DNA from: an uncultured Acidovorax sp.
GTDB taxonomy: Bacteria > Pseudomonadota > Gammaproteobacteria > Burkholderiales > Burkholderiaceae_C
Length of the DNA stretch: 64,000 bases
Assembly: GCA_913774625.1 (NCBI GenBank)
Contig: CAJYHL010000037.1
Coordinates: 5,353 to 69,352, forward strand
Direction of reading: 5' to 3'
In this document: one piece after another, positions 63,225 through 64,000 of the stretch
How the letters are laid out: every line of letters begins with the position of its first letter
Position numbering within the stretch: position 1 is the first letter of the stretch
Position numbers and translations under genes: made by a program
Notes under the pieces: model-generated
Database searches by the model: none
What the model saw: only the letters and a program-made list of their open reading frames with translations
Told to the model about the DNA's origin: nothing

Positions 63225-64000
<776 letters not shown>

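Overview
GC-rich betaproteobacterial chromosome (Comamonadaceae, Acidovorax/Paracidovorax-like; inferred from gene order and protein style). It covers the replication gene cluster (mnmE, yidC-yidD-rnpA-rpmH, dnaA-dnaN-gyrB) and flanking housekeeping loci: maeB, rsmA-surA-lptD, amgK-rsmE, eutR/eat-eutBC, metXW under a SAM-II riboswitch, a UPF0016 gene under a yybP-ykoY Mn riboswitch, two tandem RRM proteins, kdsD-kdsC-lptC and apt. There are also four c-di-GMP enzymes and an MCP. Main points of interest: (1) a secreted barnase-type RNase with a barstar gene whose stop codon sits in a -1 frameshift-like cassette (T_TTT, 5-nt spacer, perfect 11-bp stem) leading into a 68-codon extension ending in an ssrA-like YWLAAA; (2) a four-gene MksFEB(G)/Wadjet-like SMC locus coupled to rsmE, with a compositionally distinct Toprim nuclease gene; (3) a SRAP homologue with substituted catalytic residues; (4) a dispersed GCTA-N9-TAGC palindrome; (5) an island starting at a recoded gyrB 3' end, carrying a type I R-M system whose hsdR and hsdM are interrupted by IS5- and IS3-family elements. 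No rRNA, tRNA or CRISPR array was seen. All calls are by eye from sequence motifs; no searches were run.
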